A stretch of 64,000 bases of DNA from assembly GCA_965215515.1 (NCBI GenBank), contig OZ244057.1, positions 2,016,001 through 2,080,000 of the forward strand. The letters are read 5' to 3'. The DNA is from Oligoflexales bacterium (lineage in GTDB: Bacteria; Bdellovibrionota_B; Oligoflexia; Oligoflexales; JAPPIL01). Of this stretch, positions 20,506-29,504 are shown piece by piece. Every line of letters starts with the position of its first letter. The first letter of the stretch is position 1. Both the position numbers and the translations under genes were made by a program. Under the pieces are notes generated by a model. The model was not told where the DNA came from. It ran no database searches and saw only the letters and a list, made by a program, of their open reading frames with translations.

Positions 20506-22002
20506 TCAGGCAGCGGGCATACTGGTATTGTGTTCTTTGTTGATACGTCCTTGCTGGCAGGCTTGTGCGAATATCTGCAAAATTTCTGGGTCGAACAGAT
20601 CGTGACTTTCGGTAACGAGGCGTTCGGCCGCGACCGTGGTATCGACAAACCCTGTGTAGCTACGTCCTGAGGTCATGGCATCGAAGGCATCGACGATGGC
20701 AATAATTCTGGCAAAGAGAGGTATGTTATCGCCGCGCAGGCCGTCGGGATAGCCAGTGCCGTCCCATTTTTCATGATGGTGTTTGATGCCTCCGACAAAT
20801 TTTTCGACATCGGGGATGTTACGCACGATAGCTGCACCGACGTTGGGATGGGTTTTCATGTCTTCGTACTCATCGAAACTCAAGCGAGTTGGTTTTTTGA
20901 TAATGGCATCGGGAATGGCAATTTTGCCGATGTCGTGGCACAGAGCACTGACGATAAGATTTTTTTTCTGTTCTGTACCGAGCTGCATTTCCTCGCCAAT
21001 AATTGTGGCATAGCGACAGACGCGTTCGGAGTGTCCGTAGGTGTAGGTATCCTTTGCCTCTACCGTGCCGACGATAGTCTCCAGCATTTTGACAAACACC
21101 TGATTAAGTTCGTCGCGCAGCAGCGATGATTCAAGAGCAGCGGCACAAAAATCGCTCAGGGTGTTCAATTCCAATAGTTTTTCCATCTGCTGACTTGACA
21201 ATCTACGACCGATGTCAATATCCATAATCATAAGCATATTGCCACAGCTCTTAATAGGAATGAGTGCTTTCTTGACAATCTCCAGATCACCGACAATCTT
21301 CAGAAGAAGACCTCGCCCTTCGTCTCGCGCAAGGTTATAAACGGTAGGAAATTCCGAGTTCTCTGTGTGGGTAAAATTTTCCAGGAAAAAACTGTTGTTT
21401 TTAAAAAACAAATAATTAATGCTTTTGATAACGGGCAAAATATGCATAGCTTTGCGCCGTAGCGTCTGTAAAGCCGTAGCGATGTTTTTCTGCTGTGCGA
21501 CTTCGGCATATTTCTGATACATACTGTGACTGATGATTTTGCGTGCCGAATGCGGTAACAACTCAACCTTGAATTGCGAGTGTTGTACCATCCCGAAATC
21601 AATACGGGTCTCGGCTTCACGGCGGTGCGGTGAAGGCGGTTTGGGTTTCGCACTCAGCACCTCTACGTTGCCGTGCAGTTTGCCATGGTCAAAGCTGAGT
21701 GCAATATGGGTATGTCCCGCGGTAATCTGTCCGTTAACCATGATCAACTTGCGAGGGGGAATACGTCTACCATCGACATACGTGCCATTTTTTGATCCCA
21801 GATCTTCTACCACAACACACTTGCTGCGATAGTCGATACGCAAATGATGTCGTGATATCTTGCTGTCACTCAACACCAAGTGACTGTCACCACCACGCCC
21901 GATAAGCAACGGCAAACGCGTCGTACGATATGTAGAACGACGACCGTCGGCATGCCGCACCGTTAGCATCAGTGCAGAAGTCGCAGAGAGCTGTGCTTTC
22001 AT
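20506..22002 (-). CDS. FHA domain + HD-GYP cyclic-dinucleotide phosphodiesterase
   Basis: FHA motifs GR, SR-H and SKNGT; C-terminal HDIGK and HHEKWDGTGYP. Confidence 0.88.
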   Translation of the reverse strand: MKAQLSATSALMLTVRHADGRRSTYRTTRLPLLIGRGGDSHLVLSDSKISRHHLRIDYRSKCVVVEDLGSKNGTYVDGRRIPPRKLIMVNGQITAGHTHIALSFDHGKLHGNVEVLSAKPKPPSPHRREAETRIDFGMVQHSQFKVELLPHSARKIISHSMYQKYAEVAQQKNIATALQTLRRKAMHILPVIKSINYLFFKNNSFFLENFTHTENSEFPTVYNLARDEGRGLLLKIVGDLEIVKKALIPIKSCGNMLMIMDIDIGRRLSSQQMEKLLELNTLSDFCAAALESSLLRDELNQVFVKMLETIVGTVEAKDTYTYGHSERVCRYATIIGEEMQLGTEQKKNLIVSALCHDIGKIAIPDAIIKKPTRLSFDEYEDMKTHPNVGAAIVRNIPDVEKFVGGIKHHHEKWDGTGYPDGLRGDNIPLFARIIAIVDAFDAMTSGRSYTGFVDTTVAAERLVTESHDLFDPEILQIFAQACQQGRINKEHNTSMPAA

Positions 22003-22033
22003 AAGTCTTCATCTACAATGTTCCGTCTCCCCC

Positions 22034-22059
22034 ATCGGCAGATTTTTTGCGGAACTTGA
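22034..22059 (-). promoter_or_regulatory. putative sigma-28 (FliA-type) promoter
   Basis: Minus strand reads TCAAG-N15-GCCGAT, ending about 30 nt upstream of the HD-GYP start. Confidence 0.5.
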
Positions 22060-22149
22060 AATAATTATTAATTTTTTCAAAAATATCAGTAAATTACGCT
22101 GCGTCTGGGTGTTTTTTGTCGTTTATGTGCGAGGTTGGCAGGAAACTGG

Positions 22150-23049
22150 CTACAGTTCACTCAAAGTTTTTTTGAGTATTTCGTCATCGTGTAGTGGTTC
22201 GTTATCGATGAATTTGCGGAGGAAATCGGCGGAGATGGCGAAGTTTATTTTTTGTGTGATATTACCGATTTGCAGCTTGAGTCCTCCCCAGCTGACACCG
22301 AGTAGTTTTCCTGTGGTAAAGTCGAGCAGTGCTGCGCCGCTTGACCCTCTGGTCATGTCGCAGCTGTGTGTCATGCCAAATGGCACCAATCGCCACAGGC
22401 CTTTTTTGGGTCTGCCTTGAACGACGCAGCCATCCGCGGAGACAGCTGTGATAGGGAAGTAGTGGGTAGTGCCAGGTAGTTGTTGGACACTACGGGCAGG
22501 GGCCGCAAGGTTATGGATAACATGGGGGTAGTGCAGCAAAAAAGCTTCACGCTGGGGGGGTATTGTTCCCCGCCAGAGAGCGAGGGGTTGTTGGGAGGGG
22601 GGGAGTTTACGTTGCAGTTTAAAGATAGCGAGGTCGGCACCAGCGTGTGCGCGCATTGAGCCGCGTGCGCATCTGCGTCCTAGCAAAGGTGTCTCGGGCT
22701 GGGAAAAATTGAAGTAGGCGCTGGTGTGCGCACATGCTGTAGCGGGCAGTCGCGCGCGTGCAGATGCGAAGCAGTGGCGGTTAGTGACGACACGTGGTTG
22801 TTGTTCGCCTTTAGCTGCGGGCAGCAGTGAGCCGAAGCAGTGCTTATATTCGTTTTTCGTCGCGATCACCAGTAGTACGGCAGCGTTGAGGCTGCGGCGC
22901 AAAACAGCGGCATCTACTTGTCCTGCCTCTTTTGCTACTGCAACGGGCACGATTTCGTTGATCCCGATGATGTTGCCATGTCGTGACAGTAGTTGCCGCG
23001 GAGCTTCACAGGATAGGAGCAGTAGCGTTATCAGCCATATTTTTGTCAT
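22150..23049 (-). CDS. trypsin-like (S1) serine protease, lipoprotein
   Basis: MTKIWLITLLLLSC lipobox; TNRHC, DLAI and GSSG triad motifs. The ORF extends in frame to 23133. Confidence 0.8.
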   Translation of the reverse strand: MTKIWLITLLLLSCEAPRQLLSRHGNIIGINEIVPVAVAKEAGQVDAAVLRRSLNAAVLLVIATKNEYKHCFGSLLPAAKGEQQPRVVTNRHCFASARARLPATACAHTSAYFNFSQPETPLLGRRCARGSMRAHAGADLAIFKLQRKLPPSQQPLALWRGTIPPQREAFLLHYPHVIHNLAAPARSVQQLPGTTHYFPITAVSADGCVVQGRPKKGLWRLVPFGMTHSCDMTRGSSGAALLDFTTGKLLGVSWGGLKLQIGNITQKINFAISADFLRKFIDNEPLHDDEILKKTLSEL

Positions 23050-23355
23050 CGGCAAACACACCCCTCCTCCAACGCGGTCGGCAATAGTGGCTAAAACCAG
23101 TAGAGAAGCAACTATCTGCTTATTAATATTCATATTTTAGATTGGTTTTTTCAAAAAATGGGCGGGCGACGGAAGGAGATGTGGCGTTGCTGTTGTAGAA
23201 AGTGCGGAAGATTCCAGCTGCACACAAGGGTATTGTGATGATTCCGTTAACAGACCGCTATGAGTATACCGACGAGGCGTTCGTGAGGGGTGGGTGGACT
23301 TGCTCCCCAAGAGCTGTTCACTGGCAAGATTAAGCTTTGGAGTGATTGTTGAGGA

Positions 23356-25140
23356 GTGAAAATGCTTAGACCGTGGCTGTTCTCAACATTCGTGTGTTTT
23401 TTGATTACAGAGAAAGCCTATGCTTATTTCGATCCAGGTACAGGCAGTATACTGATTCAGTTGTTACTTGCATTAATCGGAGGTGTAATTGTTTTCTATC
23501 ATAGAATTGTATTTAAAATAAAAAATATTACCAAAATTATATTACCATCCTCTAAAATTAAGCACATAATATCTTCTCGGCATAGGCATTACTATTTGGC
23601 ATCCACAATCGGAGTTTTTGCGGCTCTTTTTTATGCGAGTCACAACGTCTCTTACCTAACTACTGTTAGCTTTCTTTTTAACATGTTTCTTTTTGTTTTA
23701 ACTAGTGTGTTGTTTAGTTTATTGTTTCATCTAGCACTAAGGAAGAGAAAAAATAGAGAGCAAATTTTACATGCCATGCTTTTCCTCCTATTATTTTTCT
23801 ATATGCAACCCCCTATATATCAATGGTTACAATTTTTATCTACTGTATTTTTATATCCATGGTTATTATTTTTAGTATTATATCTAGGATATAAACTATA
23901 CAACAACACCCATAAAATTATAGTCGTGATTGTAATTGCTTCTTTTCTCCCGACTTACAAGTTGGTCAAAGGAGTTTACATACGTATGCCACAAAAAACG
24001 GTAGCCACAACTGACAAGCGTATCATTTTTCAACACAAACCCAATGTATATTTCTTTCTTTTTGATTCCTACACTAACGCGCAAGGCATGAAGGTAATCG
24101 GACTTGCCCCTCCTCCACACGACACAAATGTAATATCACAGCGACTGCAGGAAAAAGGCTACACATTATACCCCGATTTTTTTACTAACTTTCAGAGCAC
24201 GAGATTTGCCCTTACTTCCTATATGAGTATGGATGTGATGGTTAGAGATAAGTCCATTTATCATATGACATACTAAAATATGAATGAAATTATAGCAGGG
24301 AAAGGGGAAATATATGGCATATTCACTAACAACGGCTACAGTAATTATTTGTTTGCGAGAGAAGCTGCATTTGTTAGTAATAAATGTTTTGTATCTGAAT
24401 GTATAAACGCAATTAGCTCAAATCAACACATGTTATCAGTGTTGTTTGATAATATTTTCTTCACTCTCACTGATAAACGCAACCGTGCTTCACACAATAT
24501 GCAGAGTAATTTTTACCGTTATCTGGACTATTTTGTAAAATCACCGAACAATTATTTTGCATTTCTACATTTTCATTCGCCAGGCCACGCAAAATCGTAT
24601 TCCCTAGCTAAGGGATTGTGTAATGAAGAAAGAGAAACAGAAAATTATAGGTCTAGATTGATTTACACAAACGAATTAATTTATGATTTAATCAATAAAA
24701 TAGATAACATAGACCCAAATGCCTTGGTTATAATTGCTTCCGACCATGGCCCTTACATCTTTAACGGCTGCTCCCGATCTGCTCCACTAGCAACGAGAGA
24801 AGAAGTAGTAGAGCGACAAGGTGCTTTCTTGGCTATTAAATGGGGTAAAGATTATGATGGCAGGTACGATAAAAACATTAAGAGTTCTGCAAATTTATTC
24901 CGCTATATCTTTTCCCATCTATCTAGAAATGAGAAGCTGTTAGAGAACAGGGCTGATGACGATGCCTACTATCTGCATGGCGACGATATAATTTTGAGCA
25001 TCGACGATGGAGTCATCCTGCCACCTGCCAGGTCTAATTCTCGCAGCCGAAATACAACTCCAACCGATAGAAAGCCCCTGGCTGGAGACAGAAACCATAC
25101 CTCTCTCCAACTTGGAGGATCTTCTCGCCTTCTTCCATGA
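23356..25140 (+). pseudogene. membrane-anchored sulfatase/LTA-synthase-like protein split by one in-frame stop
   Basis: ORFs 23356-24276 and 24280-25140 share a frame, separated by TAA-AAT. TM region and PNVYFFLFDSY lie in the first part, H-HSPGH and SDHG in the second. AT-rich. Confidence 0.7.
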
Positions 25141-25276
25141 CTCAGAAGACAGACACTGGCCATATACAACAACGAAAAAATTACTTGCCTTAGGGCACTC
25201 ATGTTGCTATGGCACGCCGCGGGTTAATTGGTTAGTTGTTTGCCGCACATGTGCGGTGTGTATAAGGAGGAGTGGT

Positions 25277-25843
25277 ATGTTGAGGCTACTGCAGGGGTTA
25301 CTGTTTCTCGCACTGCTATCGGGCACTGCGATGGCGGCACGTTCGCTGACCACCCGACAGACGCTGGCGAAAGCGACGGAAATCGTCGCCCAGCACCTGC
25401 TGGGAAGACAGGTTTTATCGGGCAAGCATGGTGCAATCATCACCGCCGTGAAACTACCTACCCCACTCGTGCATAGCTGGCGGGAGACGGTCAGGAACGG
25501 GCGGGTAGGTGCACCTGCCCACAAACTGCAACTTGAACTGTCGTTGCTCGACGGGCAGGGGCAGGATAGCGGTACACGTCAGCTGGTTGCTTTGGCGGAC
25601 GTAGAAGACACGATGAAAATTGAAATTCATCCCGCCATCGGCGAGGTGGTGGCCATCGACGATGCCCGCGAGCAGGTGGAGTGGCTCGTTGCCCGCACTC
25701 TGGAAGTTGACGACAGCGGTTGGCGCACCGTGCTGGTGGAAATGGAAGTGGTCAGCAACGGACGCACCCAGCGCAAAGAGGTGCGCGCGGGTACGCCGCA
25801 CCTTCGGCTCGTGCATGCCGACGAGCTGTTGTTTCGTGATTGA
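25277..25843 (+). CDS. hypothetical secreted protein
   Basis: Strong SD (TAAGGAGG) before ATG 25277; signal peptide ending AMA. Confidence 0.7.
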   Translation: MLRLLQGLLFLALLSGTAMAARSLTTRQTLAKATEIVAQHLLGRQVLSGKHGAIITAVKLPTPLVHSWRETVRNGRVGAPAHKLQLELSLLDGQGQDSGTRQLVALADVEDTMKIEIHPAIGEVVAIDDAREQVEWLVARTLEVDDSGWRTVLVEMEVVSNGRTQRKEVRAGTPHLRLVHADELLFRD

Positions 25844-25852
25844 CTGACACCC

Positions 25853-27442
25853 CTACTGCAACCCGATCGCGAAGTCTCCCCGTTCCTGTGCTGCCGCTTC
25901 TGCTTGCCAGTTATACGCGCTGCGCAGGTGTTCCGTACTCACCTGCTCTTGCAGTTCGATGTCGGCGATGGTGCGCGCTACCCGTATGGTTTTAATCAGG
26001 GCGCGCTTGCTGAGCTTTTGCAGATAGTTAGCGGTCAGTAACTGGCGAAATGCCGTCGCCGACAAGCCACTAACCGCCAGTAACTTGCGGGCAGGGATAG
26101 TGTTGTTGAAACGCAATCCCAGTGCTGTGTTTCTTTTTTTGCTGAACGCTAAACAGCGCAACACCCGCTCCTGCATCTTCGCGGTCTGATCATCGCAGCC
26201 GTGCTTGATAAGATCGAAGAGCAGTGTTGTGTCATGTTTGTTTTCGGGCACGTTAAGATGGATATCGATGCGATCTATAATCGGCCCCGACAAACGTCGG
26301 CGGTAGGCGATGACGCGGGTAAGCGGGCAAGTGCATTTCTTTTTACTGCTCCCCCAGAAGCCGCAGGGACAGTTGTTAGCCGCCGCGATGAGAATAAGCT
26401 TGGCACACCAGCGCACCTTGTTTTTGGCGCGGGAAATGTTGATCTCACCCGTTTCCAGTGGTTCACGTAGCGACTCGATGATGTCACGGCGAAATTCGGG
26501 GAACTCGTCCAGAAACAACACCCCGCCGTGGGCAAGGGCTATATCGCCAGGACGCTCGGCTGTCCCCAACACACCTTGCACACTGGCGGAATGATGCGGA
26601 GCACGAAAGGGCGGTTGCCCCGCCAACAACCTGTCATCGACATTGACGGTGTGCGCGCTGCTGATGCGCAAAGCCTGCAGATGTTCGGTGCTTTCCAACG
26701 GGGGCAAAATGCTCGGCAGACGCATGGCGAACATCGACTTGCCCGTCCCTGGCGGGCCGCTCATGATAAGGCTGTGCCGTCCCACCGCAAGACACAGGGC
26801 GGCACGGTAAAGGTCGGCATCGAGAATCATATCATTGAAGTTGCAAGCCACAGACGAAAATTTTGCGCGTGTTGCTGAAATGTTGAGCGACAGAGTTTTC
26901 CCCCCGCCATAAAGCCATTCCCGCACCTCGCACAGGTGCTCGAAGGCACATATGTCAAGATCAGCGAAACGAGCGTTGTTCAGTTCCCGCAATACCGCGA
27001 GGTCAGCGAGATTTTCCCGCGCAACCACCAAGCCCGTGAAGCCTTCGGCAACCGCGGCAATCGCATAGCCGATAACACCCCGCACTGGTTTTAACTCACC
27101 CGCCAAACTCAGCTCGGCAACGTAGACATAGCGGCTAGCCGCAATCTTTGCCTTGCTCTCGCTGTTGAGTAAGAGCAGGTTGATGGCGATGCCAAGATCG
27201 AACTGATCCCCGCTTTTTTTGACTTCCGCAGGCGTGATGCTCATAATCAGTTTTTTGGGCGGCACATGTACCCCCAAACCTTCCAGTGCCGTGCGTGCCC
27301 GCTCCTTGCTGTCTCGTAGCGACTCGGAAATATTACCGATCATCTGCAAACCCGAAAACCCCCTGACATACTGCGATTCGATCGTCACCACCAACCCGTT
27401 CATCCCATCGCAGACCGCACTGTGGGTGATGTTCTTCTCCAT
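25853..27442 (-). CDS. comM: YifB/ComM Mg-chelatase-like AAA ATPase
   Basis: GPPGTGKS, PFRAPHHSAS, AHGGVLFLDE, LREPLE and CPCG motifs; start uncertain. Confidence 0.88.
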   Translation of the reverse strand: MEKNITHSAVCDGMNGLVVTIESQYVRGFSGLQMIGNISESLRDSKERARTALEGLGVHVPPKKLIMSITPAEVKKSGDQFDLGIAINLLLLNSESKAKIAASRYVYVAELSLAGELKPVRGVIGYAIAAVAEGFTGLVVARENLADLAVLRELNNARFADLDICAFEHLCEVREWLYGGGKTLSLNISATRAKFSSVACNFNDMILDADLYRAALCLAVGRHSLIMSGPPGTGKSMFAMRLPSILPPLESTEHLQALRISSAHTVNVDDRLLAGQPPFRAPHHSASVQGVLGTAERPGDIALAHGGVLFLDEFPEFRRDIIESLREPLETGEINISRAKNKVRWCAKLILIAAANNCPCGFWGSSKKKCTCPLTRVIAYRRRLSGPIIDRIDIHLNVPENKHDTTLLFDLIKHGCDDQTAKMQERVLRCLAFSKKRNTALGLRFNNTIPARKLLAVSGLSATAFRQLLTANYLQKLSKRALIKTIRVARTIADIELQEQVSTEHLRSAYNWQAEAAAQERGDFAIGLQ

Positions 27443-27688
27443 CTCAACCTCCACATTGACAAAACTACCCACGGGACATTCTGCCGTGAAAAACAAGGGT
27501 CTGGCCACTGAGTTTTGCTCTAACACGTGCCTATTAAAGGGTATTTTTTGCGGGGCCTCTACCATCATGCAAATGCCCCCTGACAAGAGGTATGCGAACA
27601 AGAGGAAGGCTGGTCACACTTAAGCCCTCTAACAAAATGAAGACAGTTGTGATAAGATACGCGGAGGGAAGGGTGTGGTGTAGGCAGC

Positions 27689-28819
27689 TTGAGCTTGCAC
27701 GGAAAGGTGTTCTTGCCTAAAGCAACCGTCATCGTCATCTATGGGGGACGCTCGCCTGAACATGAAGTGTCATGCCGCAGTGCGCAGTTTATTGCCGCCG
27801 AGCTACAGGCGGCGGGCTACCCGCTTCGTATCATCGGCATCTCTACCGCGGACACCTGGCACTTGCAGGATAACGAGGTTTTCGCACAGCAGGCAACAGT
27901 GCATGAGGGCGAGACGATCACCTGCGGATTCTATCCCCAGACACAGAATTTTTTCGCCGCCATCGATGTCGATTACCCACACGCAGAAGTCATCGTGTGG
28001 CCAGTGATGCATGGACACAACGGTGAGGACGGCACGTTACAAGGTATGCTGACTCTGAGCGGCGTGCCCTACGTGGGTGCGGATGTCACAGCTTCAGCAC
28101 TCAGCTTCGACAAGATCATGACCAAAACACTAGTGCAAGCAGCAGGTATTGCCGTGGTGGAAAACATGGTGCTTACGGCAACGGAGTGGCAGAGCGCACA
28201 AGCAGGCTGCTTGGCACGGATCAAGACAGAGCTGATTTTGCCGCTGTTTGTCAAGCCTTCACGGTCGGGCAGTTCAGTCGGAATCAGCCGTGTCACCGCC
28301 CCACAAGAACTGCAACCAGCTATCACGCAAGCTTTGCGAGGTGACGGGCGAGTGCTGCTGGAACGAGCAGTGGATGCGGTCGAAATCGAGTGCGCAGTAG
28401 TCGGTGACCTCATCCCCGAATCAGCCGAGTGTCTCGCCGAGGTCAACACCACCTCTGGTTTTTACGATTACCACGCCAAGTATATCGATTTCCGCGAGGT
28501 CGATGTCGCTATCCCCGCTCGCCTCAATGCCCCACGGGTAGAGGAAGTGAGAGGTCTGGCACATCGTATTTTTAAACTGCTGTGTATCAACGGACTCGCC
28601 CGCATCGATTTTTTACACGACAAACAACGCAACCGTATCTACTTCAACGAGGTCAACACCCTACCTGGGTTCACTCGTCTATCACGCTTTCCCCTGATGT
28701 GGCAGAGGTCAGGAGTGAACATGCCCCAACTGCTGAGCAAAATATTGCACACCGCACAGCGGCGTCAGCGTAGGATCACCGCGTGGGAACAGCATTTGTT
28801 GCAACAAAAAAGAGGATAA
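27689..28819 (+). CDS. ddl: D-alanine--D-alanine ligase
   Basis: GGRSPEHEVS, HG--GEDG, GSSVG, YDYHAKY and EVNTLPG motifs. Confidence 0.95.
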   Translation: MSLHGKVFLPKATVIVIYGGRSPEHEVSCRSAQFIAAELQAAGYPLRIIGISTADTWHLQDNEVFAQQATVHEGETITCGFYPQTQNFFAAIDVDYPHAEVIVWPVMHGHNGEDGTLQGMLTLSGVPYVGADVTASALSFDKIMTKTLVQAAGIAVVENMVLTATEWQSAQAGCLARIKTELILPLFVKPSRSGSSVGISRVTAPQELQPAITQALRGDGRVLLERAVDAVEIECAVVGDLIPESAECLAEVNTTSGFYDYHAKYIDFREVDVAIPARLNAPRVEEVRGLAHRIFKLLCINGLARIDFLHDKQRNRIYFNEVNTLPGFTRLSRFPLMWQRSGVNMPQLLSKILHTAQRRQRRITAWEQHLLQQKRG

Positions 28820-28823
28820 TCAT

Positions 28824-29504
28824 ATGCAAAATGACGAAGCAACAGTTATCACGCGTCTACCGCCACCGCCTAGCCGTGTTACGGGAAGAGCAAAAGTGCT
28901 ATCATTAGTAGCACTGCTGTTCATGGTGGTAGGCAGTATCGGTCTTGACCAGGCCAGCAAAGTCATGGCGGAACAACAACTGATGGTCTGGCAACACAAC
29001 GATAACCTGAAGATGTACCAAGGGCGACCGCATCGTGTCTGGTCGAACACCCCCACCCCGCCCGCACGCGGTAGCGCTGAGCTGTACCTCTATTTCGGTT
29101 TCAACTACGTTCGCAACCAAGGTGCTGCCTGGGGCATGTTGTCCGACCTGGACGATAAACTGCGCGTGCCGTTTTTCTACGGGATGACAGCATTGGCGGT
29201 GTTTATCATTCTCTTCTACCTGAAGGTGACTCCCTTCGGACACCGTTTCGCACGACTAGCGCTGGCTTTGATTCTGTCGGGAGCACTGGGTAATTTCATC
29301 GATCGAGTGCGAGTCGGTTACGTCATCGACTGGATCGATGTGCGTTGGAACGTCTTCGGCTGGTCATACAGTTTCCCCAATTTCAATGTCGCTGACTCCT
29401 GTATAAGTGTGGGGGTTGTCATGCTACTGATCGATGCCACCCTGCTGGAAATTCTGCGCCGCAAGAAAATCAACACCCGCAACGCGTTGTTGGGAATGAG
29501 CTAA
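28824..29504 (+). CDS. lspA: lipoprotein signal peptidase II
   Basis: DQASK, NQGAAWG, GALGNFIDR, VID and FNVAD motifs. Confidence 0.95.
   Translation: MQNDEATVITRLPPPPSRVTGRAKVLSLVALLFMVVGSIGLDQASKVMAEQQLMVWQHNDNLKMYQGRPHRVWSNTPTPPARGSAELYLYFGFNYVRNQGAAWGMLSDLDDKLRVPFFYGMTALAVFIILFYLKVTPFGHRFARLALALILSGALGNFIDRVRVGYVIDWIDVRWNVFGWSYSFPNFNVADSCISVGVVMLLIDATLLEILRRKKINTRNALLGMS

Noticed and set aside
23179..23238. 19-codon Cys-rich ORF (MWRCCCRKCG...) after GGAAGGAG
   Set aside because: The SD abuts the ATG with no spacing, the ORF is very short, and nothing else supports it.
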